The translations under genes and the position numbers were made by a program. This document shows positions 11,881-24,257 of a DNA stretch of 56,560 bases, in pieces; the stretch's first letter is position 1; every line of letters begins with the position of its first letter. The notes below the pieces were generated by a model. That model did not search any database and was not told the DNA's origin. It worked only from the letters and a program-made list of their open reading frames with translations. Source of the stretch: Perkinsus chesapeaki ATCC PRA-425 (Eukaryota; Protista; Perkinsozoa); contig JAAPAO010000186.1 in NCBI GenBank assembly GCA_013115145.1, positions 1 to 56,560 of the forward strand. The letters are read 5' to 3'.

Positions 11881-14110
11881 AGTGGCTTGAAGCTACGTTT
11901 TCACCGATACCTTATGAAAGTAGGCTCGCGCTCGTCCGACGCGAGTACGAGCTATGCACTTTTCCTACCCACTGAACCAATGCTATTCACAGAAGTTTTC
12001 TGTCAGAAAATATGGGAGGCGAGCGGCCATACTCTACAAAGACTAACATAATAGTATCATATATATCCATAGTCTATCATATATATACTGTATCTAATAT
12101 CGAGTTACTCGATTAAGAGATTACGCTCGATTCGAGTATAATCTCTTAAGCCGGACTGAGTTCAAAGAGCGTCGGGTTTCGAGTGTATTCAGTACTGTAT
12201 ATGATATTTCATATATGGACTGACTGTCAGTCACTGACATACATTCTGTAAACAAGTTACATAATACTAATTATTAATACCAAGTCGACAGTAGAAACCA
12301 GGTATAGAAACGCACTATCAAACATGAGATATCTCAATCTCCCAGCCCAATACTGACCTCGCCAACGCCAATGCACATTCTCTACCGATTCCTCGGCTGG
12401 ACCCTGTCACCAGTGCTACTCTACCAGACAGATCGGGCGAAGAAAGTCGAGGGTTAACCGACATGTAGTGAAGGCAATGATATTCCCTTCAAATGAGAAG
12501 CAATTAAACTGTCACATAACGATACCGGTTATTTCGATCGGAAGGGCCAAATTCTCTCCTGCGGCGCCAGTATAGGACCAGATTCAATGCGGATTAAAAC
12601 AAGATTCAATACAGTATTCGTTCAAGAAACCAACGAATCTGGGGCAATGATTTTCACCCGGGACTGGAATGACAGGAATGGAATTTTCAACTCGAAAGTT
12701 TCTATGCAGATTTTGACTCTCAGAACCATTGAACGAGCCATTTTTAACAAGTCACTTGTGCCAAATTGGCACTGCCAATGTTCCATATGATTTGTGAATC
12801 AATCTGTTGAATTTCATCATCTGTCACTTATCATTTGCATTGCGAACCTCCGAGATCAATATTCGATCTTAACATCAATTGAATCTTCAAATATCATATT
12901 TTTGTGATGGAGCATCCTCTCTCCATTATGGAGAGACTCCATAATCTTCTCAGCTAATTTCTGCCGATCCATGATAATCGGCGCCTATACTGTATATATT
13001 ACGTCAGGCAAGTACACTCCCTCACATGTTTGCATCTTTTTTTACGAAAGATTTCTTCGCTTGTTGGAGTTTTCACGTAGGAACCACGGACTTCGCTACG
13101 GTCGCAACGCAAGCTTCTAGAGAAAAGAGGGCGCCTCCATTGGAAGCCCTCCACTATACGGTACACCTTTTACTACTGGTTATCCTACGGTACGATGCTC
13201 TTCCCCTCGAAAGTATTTGATCATTCCAATTGATGATTATACTAGGCTTCTTAAACCCGCATCGGATTTGGGTTTCACAGCAATATACTATAAAGACTGA
13301 ACAATGTATGATTGTTCGCAGTTGGTGTACATGCGTGCTACAATGATCTACAGGATTGGATCTGTCCCGTTTACACCGTGATACACCGTGACGTAAGAAA
13401 CGATCTTAGGCTGGGAGAAGAAATTGGTAAACGACAGATACTTCTCACTCCGATATGTGGAGATGAAAAGCTAATTACTACTCTCCCACACACTTGAACA
13501 AAGGGTGTGCGTGCTGAACTCTGACAGCACAGGTTGTGCTGCACAACTGTCTACTTGTATCCACTTAGAGAACAGATCCCATGTTATATAATATAACAGT
13601 TTAATTATCAATTATATTGTTCAAAAAATAAGTCCTCGTAGACTTATTTTTTCCTCAAAAATACCCATATGCGGCATAAGTCTTCATTTTTCTACAACCC
13701 TCTACTCTTGTATTTGTGTGGGCAAAGACCGCCCAGGGCACTCTGTCCTCGGGGCTACGTAGACATGGTGCGTTCTTTAGAATAATATCACGACACTCTT
13801 TAGCCTCTAGACTGTCTGACGTGAGCTATCTCTCAAAGTACTCCCTGTTGTGTTAATGCGCTTGGGCTCTTACCCCCTTACCTTCTAAGCTCATTACCCG
13901 ACATCTATTGGTTCAACCAATTATGGGCAACTTGCCCATTATTTGTTAACATCTAATGGTATTGGATATTAGCAAAGACGTTACCGACGTTGTCTAAAGA
14001 CTTAATTTTGAGCTTTAAAAAACGTAACGCTATTAGCGTTTATTAGCGTGAATTGATATAGACTTGTTGAGTAACCTTATTCGAAAGGTGTTATTCGAAC
14101 CCTTCACATA

Positions 14111-14533
14111 ATGTCACCATCTCGCATCATCTCTGCTCTCTTGTTGGCCTTTATGATGGTGTATGCTCTCGGTGACTTCCCTCAAGGGAAGTACATTGGT
14201 GGTGAAGTACCTCCAAAGCCTTACTTGCGCATTGAAGGCGATTTCCAGAAGTCTGGTAAGGTCCATCTCTCCGTCGCATGCGGGCCACAACGTGCTAACT
14301 GGGATGCTTGGTTTGATCTTGTGAACGCGGGTGTCCCGCGTATGTTCAGGCTGAAGGATTACCAGACCGATCCTAAGTATGCGAAGTATATGAGCTTCTT
14401 CACTCAAAACTGTGGACGTGGTAGAGCTTACAATGGGGATTTAACAGTTTTCATTGTCACCAATGCTGGGATATCTGTCACAGTCAAGGGTACTAGTATC
14501 ACTCTCTACGAAAGCAACACTCTAATAAAGTGA
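14111..14533 (+). CDS. Small secreted protein, family copy B (140 aa)
   Basis: Signal peptide and the same conserved motifs and two Cys as copies A and C. Confidence 0.85.
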   Translation: MSPSRIISALLLAFMMVYALGDFPQGKYIGGEVPPKPYLRIEGDFQKSGKVHLSVACGPQRANWDAWFDLVNAGVPRMFRLKDYQTDPKYAKYMSFFTQNCGRGRAYNGDLTVFIVTNAGISVTVKGTSITLYESNTLIK

Positions 14534-16538
14534 TATTGCAGTGTCTGCCGCCCTAGGACCTTTTTGACGACTGGGGCGAAATAGTTTATGTAAGGTTCCG
14601 AGATGCATCTCTCTTGGAGACAGCCGTCTGCAAGGCTCACAGTGCGAGAAGCTGCATCTCCAGTCTGGCTAGTCGTAAGAAGCCCGAGATGTATTGCATG
14701 TTTCAAACAACTCTTTCTGCGATTGATTCACCATTAAGCGAGCTGCGGCAGCTCAGCTGCTCTTTGTTGTCGCTCCTTAATATTTCCACTGCCTCCGCAT
14801 TGCGTTCGCTCTCGATGAATGCTTCAATTCACCCCAAATTAGGTTGCTGTTACACCCGGATACCGGATGAGCTATACATCCCTATAGCGTTATTTGGCAT
14901 TGCCAGTGGCAATTTGCCACTCTCTGGGCTTGGCAGCACCGGCGACCAAACAAGAGTTGTTACAACATTGCTTCGTTCCCTTGTCTGTAACTTCCTCAGC
15001 AATGGGCCATCGCCAATGGCCACATCTTCGGACTATGTAAGTGATATACGTTTATCCCATGTTGCGGACTCCGCGGGGGCATCAAAGCAAATGAGCCCAG
15101 CATGGCCCGTGTCCACCGACCGTATAACAGAAGAGACCAGAACACCACCATCACTCGGAAGACCTATGACGAACGCAACTCTCCGCTCTACGCGCAAAAA
15201 TATGTGAACGCACGATGACTGGGCTGATGGGGTCGGTGTGACGCAAGATGCATTACGTAACTGGTGAAGAGCTAACCTTCTTCATGCTGCGTGAAGATCA
15301 CCTGAGTCTGGTCGGCGACCAATGGTCGCTGATCACTGGTTAATAGAGAGCTGTTTAACAGGCTGCCCATGGTAATTGCCCGCTGCGGGAAGACGACCAG
15401 AGTACTGTAAAACAGTCGCGGGGATCAATGCTGTCGTATGCTGTTACACGTGAATGCATATAGTGATTACAGATGTGTTAAGGGTGATCAGAATTACCGG
15501 CAGTTCGACTACGCCGTAGTCGACCGTAGTCACTACGGCATGAGTTCAAAACCTAGCAGCTGGATTCTAGGTGCCAACGAGAGTGCTCATGCCGAGTCTC
15601 GGCCCGAGACGGGGAAGCCCCTAATTCACGGCGATTGAAGCACCATCTTCAAGGCAGGCATCGGTCATCCTCAAATCCAGCCATACTGGGCAAATCTAGG
15701 TTCGACTCGAACCGTTCGAGCCGTACCACATCGGCTTAGCGCTGCCTGGCTCGCCTTTGTAAGCTATGGTGTAGAAAAGAAGAGCAAGAAATCCAGTTAT
15801 CAAGTTACTGTAACTGTTACTGGGCTGAGTCAGCCCAGCTGAGCCTCACAGACAGATGGAAGCCACCCGCACAGTACATGTGGCTGTTAGCTCAAATGAC
15901 CTGGTGACACTACGATGAAAGTTGATGTCACGAGCTACGGGCAGGGTCGAAGAGGTAAGTTGGGAGAAGATCGGGAAGCGTTAGAAGCGACCGTTGGAAG
16001 CGTTCCGCCTGCAACTGTTATGCGCTGTTAGCAATTGCGCATGCGCGTAACGCCACTTCTTCCAGAAGTAAGCTCCAGTTGTTTTCCTTTCGTCGCCCTG
16101 GACGCTCTGTCGTCTTTATCAACACGGAGAATGGGACAGTCTCTCCCCTACAGAGGCATTACTGTGCTGCAGACCCTTGGCCCATGGGCCATATGTGCGA
16201 AATGTGACATGTTCCCCGTAGTGCAGCTTCTGTTCTGATATAGTCTCTAGGACACAATAGTCTTGGCAGACATCACGCGCACAAATAGAAAAGTAGACAC
16301 TGTCTATTAGACAGTTGATGCCTGTCACATGTGCTGTCGCAGTCCTGCACGTATGCGCTTTGTTTGTGCGGGTGGGGGTAGTAACCCACTATGAGTCTTT
16401 CCACATTGGTGTGAGAGTTATCTGTCGTCTACTCTCAACCTTAGATCTTCCCCCGCGTTCCGCCAGACTGGCGTCGCCAGTAACAGGACAGCTTCCGCTT
16501 TTATTGTTGCGAAAGGTGCTATTCGAACCCTCCACATA

Positions 16539-16952
16539 ATGTCACCATCTCGCATCATCACCTCTGCTCTCTTGTTGGCCTTTATGATGGCGTATGCTCT
16601 CGGTGGCTTCCCTCAAGGGAAGTACATTGGTGGTGAAGTATCTCCCAAACCTTACTTGCGCGTTGAAGGCGATTTCAACGTTAAGACAATCCATTTGTCT
16701 GTCTCTTGCGGGCCGGAGCGTGCTAAATGGGATGCCTGGTTTGATCTCGTAGAGGCGACCCAGAAGGAAACGTACAAGCTGAAGGGTTACGTAACCGATC
16801 CGAAATACGAGAAGCTTCTAACCTTTTTGACTGATAACTGCGGACGTGCACAAGGCCAGTCAGGCGATTTGGACACTTTTTACGTGCGAAGAGACATGAA
16901 GTCGATGATCACCATGATTAACCTTGACATGATTACACTATATAAAGCATGA
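16539..16952 (+). CDS. Small secreted protein, family copy C (137 aa)
   Basis: Signal peptide and about 35 nt of upstream sequence nearly identical to copy B. Mature C-terminal half is divergent. Confidence 0.85.
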   Translation: MSPSRIITSALLLAFMMAYALGGFPQGKYIGGEVSPKPYLRVEGDFNVKTIHLSVSCGPERAKWDAWFDLVEATQKETYKLKGYVTDPKYEKLLTFLTDNCGRAQGQSGDLDTFYVRRDMKSMITMINLDMITLYKA

Positions 16953-18219
16953 ATGGCAGTCTCTGGTAGTAGTACTACTCTGTAGAAACATACTATTCCA
17001 AACCCCCTATTCAGCGGTGTTTCACCCAGCTACTTGATCAACTATAACTGTGTCGAGTAGACCCTTTGTTGGTACTGCTTTATTGATAGGCACTCTACAA
17101 TAGAAAGACAAATGAAGCTTCTAAATAAAACCATATTGGTCGATGTGAGAATTTGAAAACGCTCCACAAGTCTCGCATTTTACGCAAAGATCCAGTAACT
17201 GGATGTAGCGTGAGAGTCCAAGTTTTCTACCAGCGACTAGTATCATACTCATAATATGGCCTCGAGTTCTACAGTACGGCGCGCACTCACATCAGATCCG
17301 CTTTAGAGACCTCTGAGGTGACCTTATACTCAATAATTGTCATTTACCATTCATCTTCTCACCAACGTATTCATGTGACAGTCTTTCGATGCCGGAATCC
17401 TCGTCGACGAGGCTCCACGCAATGGGCCACACAGTAGTCCCTTTAGTGAACTTCGAGAGACTGAGAAAGTAAAAGCCGGAATCTCACAAACGCTATAGCT
17501 TCGATTGGTTTTTAACCTGAACATTTGAAACACTCATCAGCCAAATGTGATTATCTCGTTCAGAACACCCACCAGCGTTTTTAGTCCACATCCACGATAA
17601 CAAGTTATTACGAATAACGCGAAAAACTTTTCAAAGTAAACTTGAACGTAAACGTCGAAAGGGTCAACTTGAAACTGAGCAATAGAAGATACGACCGAGA
17701 CGTGTGCTGGGCCAACATTCCACCTCTGGCCCCACACATAACACTGCTCAATCAAAACTGCAGATATAACCATAAACAGATAAAGCGCCACTTTATGCCA
17801 TCGGAACACCACCACTTGCTAGAACTAACATATGCTCTGCTATTAGTGCTAGCTCCAAACACAATTGTAGTTCAGGATTCCTGCAGACAGCAGCAGCGCC
17901 AGTAGCTTTACAGTAGCCTAGCGCTAGATTGCAAGATCATGACGCTAAGAGCAGTACATATCATTCAGGCTCTTCGATTAATAATTCCATCTCAACGACA
18001 GCGCCTCCTATTTAAAGGTTTCGGTTAATCACTGAAGTTGAACCAACTCTGCGCGATTCTTATGTGGTGGGCTGAGTTGACTTTATTATTTGTAATCGTT
18101 CACCATTTGCTGTCGTGAACCGACTTCAGGTTTGACTATCAGTATCAAGTAAGGAAGAGTCTGACAATGTTAAAGGCAACTTGCCGCCGCCCTTTTATTG
18201 GAAACTCAACAAGATATTA

Positions 18220-18300
18220 TTATCATCTTATAAATACCGCACCACGAGTCGAACATAAACACTAACTTGCGGTAACAGCGAACAGCATAGAAATATCATA
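18220..18300 (-). other. Duplicated exon-like segment (paralog of 6655-6740), probably part of a hydrophobic multi-exon gene at about 17.5-18.4 kb
   Basis: Nucleotide similarity to 6655-6740. Hydrophobic minus-strand ORF pieces at 17537-17815 and 18228-18416. Confidence 0.4.
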
Positions 18301-18702
18301 ATAGTAACCAGGTAGCTATACAGTCGCAACCACGACGATGACGACGATACTGGTGGCAACAGCCCATTGAACACAGAGTTAATATTCACAGTAATGATCA
18401 CAACGGCCATTACCACCTTAAGTCAGGAACACGAGTAACGGAGGATCATATAACAACATAGTCAACCGCTTCGCCACGATAAGAGTAGCTAAGAAAATAG
18501 GGTATTGCACAACGCTCGTGGACGAGGAGACGGAAGAGCCTCGGCGATTTTCATACTCGCTCGAGAAAATGAAAATGCGTCCTCGTCTTGTTGAGGTCAG
18601 CCACAGTTTGGCCGCTTGAAGAGTAGTCGAAGAAAAATGAAAAATAAGTACAACTGTTAATGTTTTATCAACAACGATGACAGTGGAACAACCGAACGAT
18701 GC

Positions 18703-19656
18703 TTAAGCAAACGTCGAAGTCAAATACTCCGACTCATCAACAGTGGGCAGCCGGAACCTGCTATCACCGCCTAGACAACCGGAGAGCAAGTCGCCCATCC
18801 CGAACTCATTTGCCGCAGCACCCGTCGACTTTGCGGAGTCGCTGCGCGCTCGTTTCGAGTTGGGCCGTCTCACGGGAGCTGGGCTAGGATGGAGCCTCTT
18901 CATCGTGACCACTAGCTCTCTGATCTCCTCTTCAGTAGCTCCCCTTTCCTTGGCCAGCAACATCTGTTCTCGGTCCCGAACAGACTCTTCGAGCGTCTGC
19001 CGAAGTGGTCCGTAAATACGTCGCTTGTTGATGTACACAGTAGAGATATAACCACCAGAATTCTTCCATACGCCGGGTGGCGCGGAGTAGTCCTTCTTTC
19101 TCGTGGAGTTCATAGTAACCATATTATGGACATTCTCGGCCTCGGGCGATCTTATCGGTCTGGCCAGCTCCTCCAACAGAGCCGCCAACCCCGGTTGCTG
19201 GGTCTCCATAGGGCCCACAGATGGCGTTGTGATCGGTTGATCATACAAGCCTTGACCACACGCTACCGAAGGGTTCCAGCTCACATGAGGCTCGCTAACA
19301 CCAGTCAGAACCGGGAAGGCCAAATGACCTTGCATATCGCCGCAAAACGAATCTTCGACTCCCCGAGCTCGCTTAGCTGGAGGGGCATCCATATTGCTGA
19401 AATCCGAGCTCAAGATACGTGTCAGCGAATCAACCGCGGGCTCGATGCTATCCATTCCAATAGCAGACAGAGAGGGATTCTCATCAGTAACACTGGTGGT
19501 AGTCGATGCGGCCGAAGCACACAAAGGCGACAGTGGCTGAAGTGATGAAGCTTCTTGCTGATGCTCCTTATCGTAGTTGGACTCGAAAGGCAGATCTAGA
19601 ACCACTACCGAACCAAGACCGTTGCTATCGACGGACTCGGTACCGGTCATTGACAT
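18703..19656 (-). CDS. Putative ApiAP2-type transcription factor (intronless, 317 aa)
   Basis: Low-complexity N-terminus, then GVWKNSGGYISTVYINKRRIYGPLRQTLEESVRDR, resembling the three-strand plus helix AP2 domain of alveolates. Basic NLS-like tail. Confidence 0.6.
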   Translation of the reverse strand: MSMTGTESVDSNGLGSVVVLDLPFESNYDKEHQQEASSLQPLSPLCASAASTTTSVTDENPSLSAIGMDSIEPAVDSLTRILSSDFSNMDAPPAKRARGVEDSFCGDMQGHLAFPVLTGVSEPHVSWNPSVACGQGLYDQPITTPSVGPMETQQPGLAALLEELARPIRSPEAENVHNMVTMNSTRKKDYSAPPGVWKNSGGYISTVYINKRRIYGPLRQTLEESVRDREQMLLAKERGATEEEIRELVVTMKRLHPSPAPVRRPNSKRARSDSAKSTGAAANEFGMGDLLSGCLGGDSRFRLPTVDESEYLTSTFA

Positions 19657-20462
19657 AAATAAATTCTAATAACAAGTTAACACTGCAATTGAAGTACCAT
19701 CACCACCGGCCGTCTGCTGCTGTTAAAACATTTCACTTTAGCGCACGCCCTGATGATCGATTTCATTTGCGACCAACCTCGACGAAAATAAGAGCCCATT
19801 GAAGTCCAAGAACTCAACAATTGCCCAACTATATCGCATAGAGAAGCAATCGTGTGGCTTGGCCACCAGAAGTGGCCAAGCCGACGGTTCAGGGGTTAGT
19901 TAGGTTGCTTGACATATACACTTATAAAATGATATACAATAACAATATACGTTCCTCAAAGGCTGCTGCTATCTTCTCTATTGACTCTCGCAATTGGTGG
20001 TCAATGATGACAGTCGACACTGCAAAGGCACACACCATCCATGCAACATGTATCAAAGTGACAGCACGGACACGGTAGCTTTTTGCCATGGCAGCAGTCA
20101 TCATTACCCTCAACACCGAATACAACCGATATAACCATTAACACACCGAGGAGTCTCATTTAGAGGTGAAGAAAAATAACACTGTCAATGAATAGTTGAA
20201 GCAGCACAATGGGCACCACATAATTTAACTTGCTATTTATATCAATTAATTTAATAATGCGATTACCTGAAGACCGTAATTAGCGCATTGGCAGTTCTAA
20301 AGTGGGATCCGTTTCCGGCAGCTACTCAAGGAATCGATGGCATGTGATGCCACAGGACGAAATAATCGAAAGCAGCCCGACAGAATGAGTCTCATCATCA
20401 CCCCTCCCCCAACGCAACACTCATACCACTTGTCATGCTACAGCTGCCATCCGAGCTCCTCA

Positions 20463-23259
20463 TCAACTACATGTTTCCCCACTCGCCACTTCACCACCGC
20501 CAAATAGACTGCCGAGATCAGGCAAGTCCGAAGCCTTTCCAACAGCCTCTTCGGAGAGACCACCGCCCAGCCGATCCAACGAGAACAGATCCATCTCATC
20601 CGCGTCCGCTTTATTTTCCTCGACCAGTGACTCCTGCGAGCTACTCGGTACGCTAACCCGGACCTGACTCCGCTCCACCTTGCCACCTTCCCTCAGCGCC
20701 GAAACGAACGTCTCGACCGGGACGTCATACAGATAGTTTAAATCAACCAGCTGCTCATCGCCTTCTGCAGCCGCAGCCCCGACCGACAGTAGCATTACAA
20801 AAATATCTTCTACCCACGTCGAGCTGATCAATCCGCACCCTCTCAGATCCCCCAAGCCCACCGCCTCCAGCGGGCACTTCAACTCAGATCGCCATCGCCC
20901 CTTCGTAACATTTCGACATTTCCCGAGCAAATACGCTATCCGCTTCGGAGACAGTTTGTGCCACGAAACTGTTTTCGCGTCGAACGTCCGAACAGCTCGA
21001 CCCGAGCCGGCCGATTGCCAGTACCGGACAACGTCCTCTTCGCCCAGCAGCTCCAGCAGCTCCTCAGAGCTCCGCGCGAGCAACAGCGCCTGCCTCACCT
21101 CCTCCCTATCGATGCACCTCGCACGCCAACGCAATATTATTTCCTGCCACTGGGGCTCCGGAGGTAATTCGTCACGCGCCGCTAAATCAATGCCAAAAAC
21201 AAAATCTGTAGTCCTAATATCTTCACCAGTTTCGAATGATGGCAAATCATTTTTCTCGAAGATTTCCGTCACCTTTTCCCTGCCGATCGAACCGCCTGTC
21301 TCCCCAAGCAACCGCAACAGCCCGCGCCATTCCTCATCCTTCTCCGCGCGATCAATCAGCATCTGTCGCAGTCCAAATAGTTCCGCATTCCCCCGCTCCC
21401 CCGAGACTGCCAGCTCGTAGACATCGCCGCTCAGCGCAAACTCCATATTGCCTTTCGCAATTCTGTCAATAGCCCGACCTAGACTTTCGGTTTTCCCCAC
21501 CAACTCCGCCGAACTTTTCCGAACCTCCTCCAACCGCCCTCGGCATTCCCTTCGATGCTCCAGGCTAACAAGGGCTGCCTCCAGTTCGTTTGCCACCTGA
21601 GCAGCCGGAGTCGAACTATATGGCTTCGAATGCCCTTATAGGATCCACAATAATATCCCTACTACAAAACAGTTTACTATATTATACTATATTCAGCATG
21701 TTCATCTACCCGTTCGCCCACGTATCTGTGCCAGGAGGTAACAATTTTAGCATTATTCTGCCCGATCTCGGCATATCTATGAACTCAGAAAGTCGCTATT
21801 CACCGCAGTACGCCTGCTGCTGTTCCAAGCGTACCTCCTTAACCAACACATTTCCCACCATTCTCGTGGGGACACTTGCTAATACTGTCCAGGTACTTCA
21901 CATGCTCTTAAAACGCTCACAATTGCGCGTAATGTATGACGATCTCGGAGAGGAATCTTCGGAATCATTTCGGAAGCTCCAAAGCTTGCACTATCCCGAC
22001 TTCATGCCTACAGATATTTTAATAGTGCGAGCAGCGCCAAGTCGCCGAGGAGGCAGCTCCTTCTCAGCGCAGATGACAGAGAGTCACCAGTCCCCTGTTT
22101 CCCCTCCCACTATAACCTCGGCTTTCCAGCTAACCACTCTCTCCAACTCTTGTCCACATCGCTCTGAGACTTCCGCGGCTTCTTCAACTTCCGTAGTGCT
22201 CTGGGCCGCCTCCAACTTCCTTATCGTCGGTATCAAACGACTGACAATCTCCTCGTCTATCTGCTGCGACTTCTTCTGCCACACTGTTGCCTCTCGAATG
22301 AGCTCATCCTGCCACAAGCGCATTTTACCCAGAGAGCTGCACGTCGATTGACCCGCGTTACATAGCTCTGCTTGGATGTTATTTCGTTGAGGTTCATCCA
22401 TTCTCAAATTGCAATATATTCGATAAAGTGAGATTCGCGCTGTATTCTACAGAAGAACGGTATGGCATCGTGGATTAACGATGGAGGTATGAAACCAAGG
22501 GCCACCGACTGACATCTCGATGCTGTATGAGCCTATATGATTCCTACGTATTTGATAGATATGCAAATCGTATAAGAACTGTAGAGCTAACGGCAGGTCC
22601 ACGATTGCGCCGCGCATCAGATGACCATACTATACTACGAACCAATGCATGGTAGACGGTGACTGCGGTATCTACTCGGTACACATTCATTGCCGGATCG
22701 TCAGTGACAGGTGACGGAGATATCACCTCTACATCCGTTAACGCTGTATCATAATTTCGACCCTTACTCTACACCGCGTAACAGTACTACAGGTTGATCG
22801 AAGAAGGACCCGCCCCCCGAAGCCCTCCTTTACCTCTGACCTCCCTCCCAAGGACAGTCGCTTCAACCGTTCTCGTTCATTCCGCCACACCGCCAGCTCC
22901 GCCTGTAGCTCCACCAGGTGTGTGAACTTCCCGGTCCGCTTAACCCGCCCTATCTCATCACCAACCCGATCGATATCCTCCCGAAGTTCCAGGCACTTGT
23001 TCCCAAACATTACGTTTTGCGTCTCTGATTCCTCGCCGATAGAACGCAGCAGCACTTTCGAAATCGGATGGTTCGAATGCCTCAATCTGTTGAGCTCCTT
23101 CACCGTTCGTTCCTTCCTCACCGCCTCTCTCTCCGTCGCATGGAGCCTCGTCCGCAGCTTCACCAGCCCTTCACGCTTTTCATTTCTCTCAATTTTCAGT
23201 CTCTGAACAGCACTATATATATCTCTTGTCAGCGGCGGCACCTTCCTGCCAGATGACAT
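20463..23259 (-). CDS. Uncharacterised multi-exon coiled-coil protein (ORF pieces 22738-23259, 22084-22407, 20463-21596 probably one gene)
   Basis: Long same-strand charged/heptad-rich ORFs with GC-rich coding-like composition separated by short intron-like gaps. Joining is inferred. Confidence 0.55.
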
Positions 23260-24257
23260 AGGAAGAAAGCAACTACACGATTGATAACAAATCCAGAACA
23301 CGTACCACTGAGGTTCTGCGAAGGCCTCGTCCACTTGTGTCCGAAATGCGAGGGACTATGGAGGCCTTAAACTGTCTATTAATCGATTACTTGGCCATAC
23401 TCTTCTCCTAGGCCGGTTAGTGTTACTATCGTACGAAAGTAACAATATAGCCAAGACCGCCAATATTAGGCCAATGGTAGCAATTCAGGCAATAGCTAAT
23501 CCAGAATGAAAAGCGGTAACTACCCGATTTAAAGATATGACTATTGAGAACCCAAATGGAACGTTTATAGTCAATACCCAAATTCGGCCACTTGTTGCCA
23601 ACTGATCCAGAGTAGAGCGCACAATTATGTATCCGCTTACTTCCAGCTCGAATCTGGAGGGGCCAGAATTCCGGCCAATTTCCACTATATACCATATCTA
23701 CCTCACTTACACTCTAAACTAGCAAATATCTAGTATAATATATATTCCATCACTAATACGCCAATATAGGTCTATATTATTTTACCACTGCTTGTAAACA
23801 TTTTTCAACTCATGTGTCGAGTCCCCAGTAGTGAAAGCTCGGTACATCACCAAAACAACCCCAAAAAGTTTTCAACGGAGCGCCCGCTTCGTGCCCTTGT
23901 TGCACCACTGCATACCACCGCCCTTTCATAAGCACTCATAGTTCCCCCTTCACTAAGCCTCGACCTTATACTTAAATCCAAATTCACTATATGCGCCATA
24001 CAACTGCCTACCATACCTCCAGGAGGTAGAGAAAATCGAGAAGGTAACCTCTTCGACAATGCTAACATTTGTGTATCCCCCCGAATCAACAATCCTTCAC
24101 CCCCCGAATCGGATGGGCCAACACTAGCCTCCCAAGAACGTCTCTCAATAACTAACCCAACACGAACACTTCAAGATTGAGACTTATCAAACTGTCGGTG
24201 TAAATTGTCGGTGTATAGTTGAGCTGGCTTTTGCCGCCAGAATGAAATAAATCATTA

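Noticed and set aside
12590-12960. Possible Ty3/gypsy integrase relic on the minus strand
   Set aside because: No convincing HHCC or DDE motif could be read, and there are multiple stops.
14614-15207. 197-aa plus-strand ORF as a gene
   Set aside because: No recognisable motif, Ser/Leu-rich shadow-like composition, and it contains a palindrome scar. Not supportable without expression data.
21590-22351. 253-aa plus ORF, and similarly 46210-47094 and 45972-46493 on minus
   Set aside because: These are antisense shadows of GC-rich coding exons on the opposite strand.
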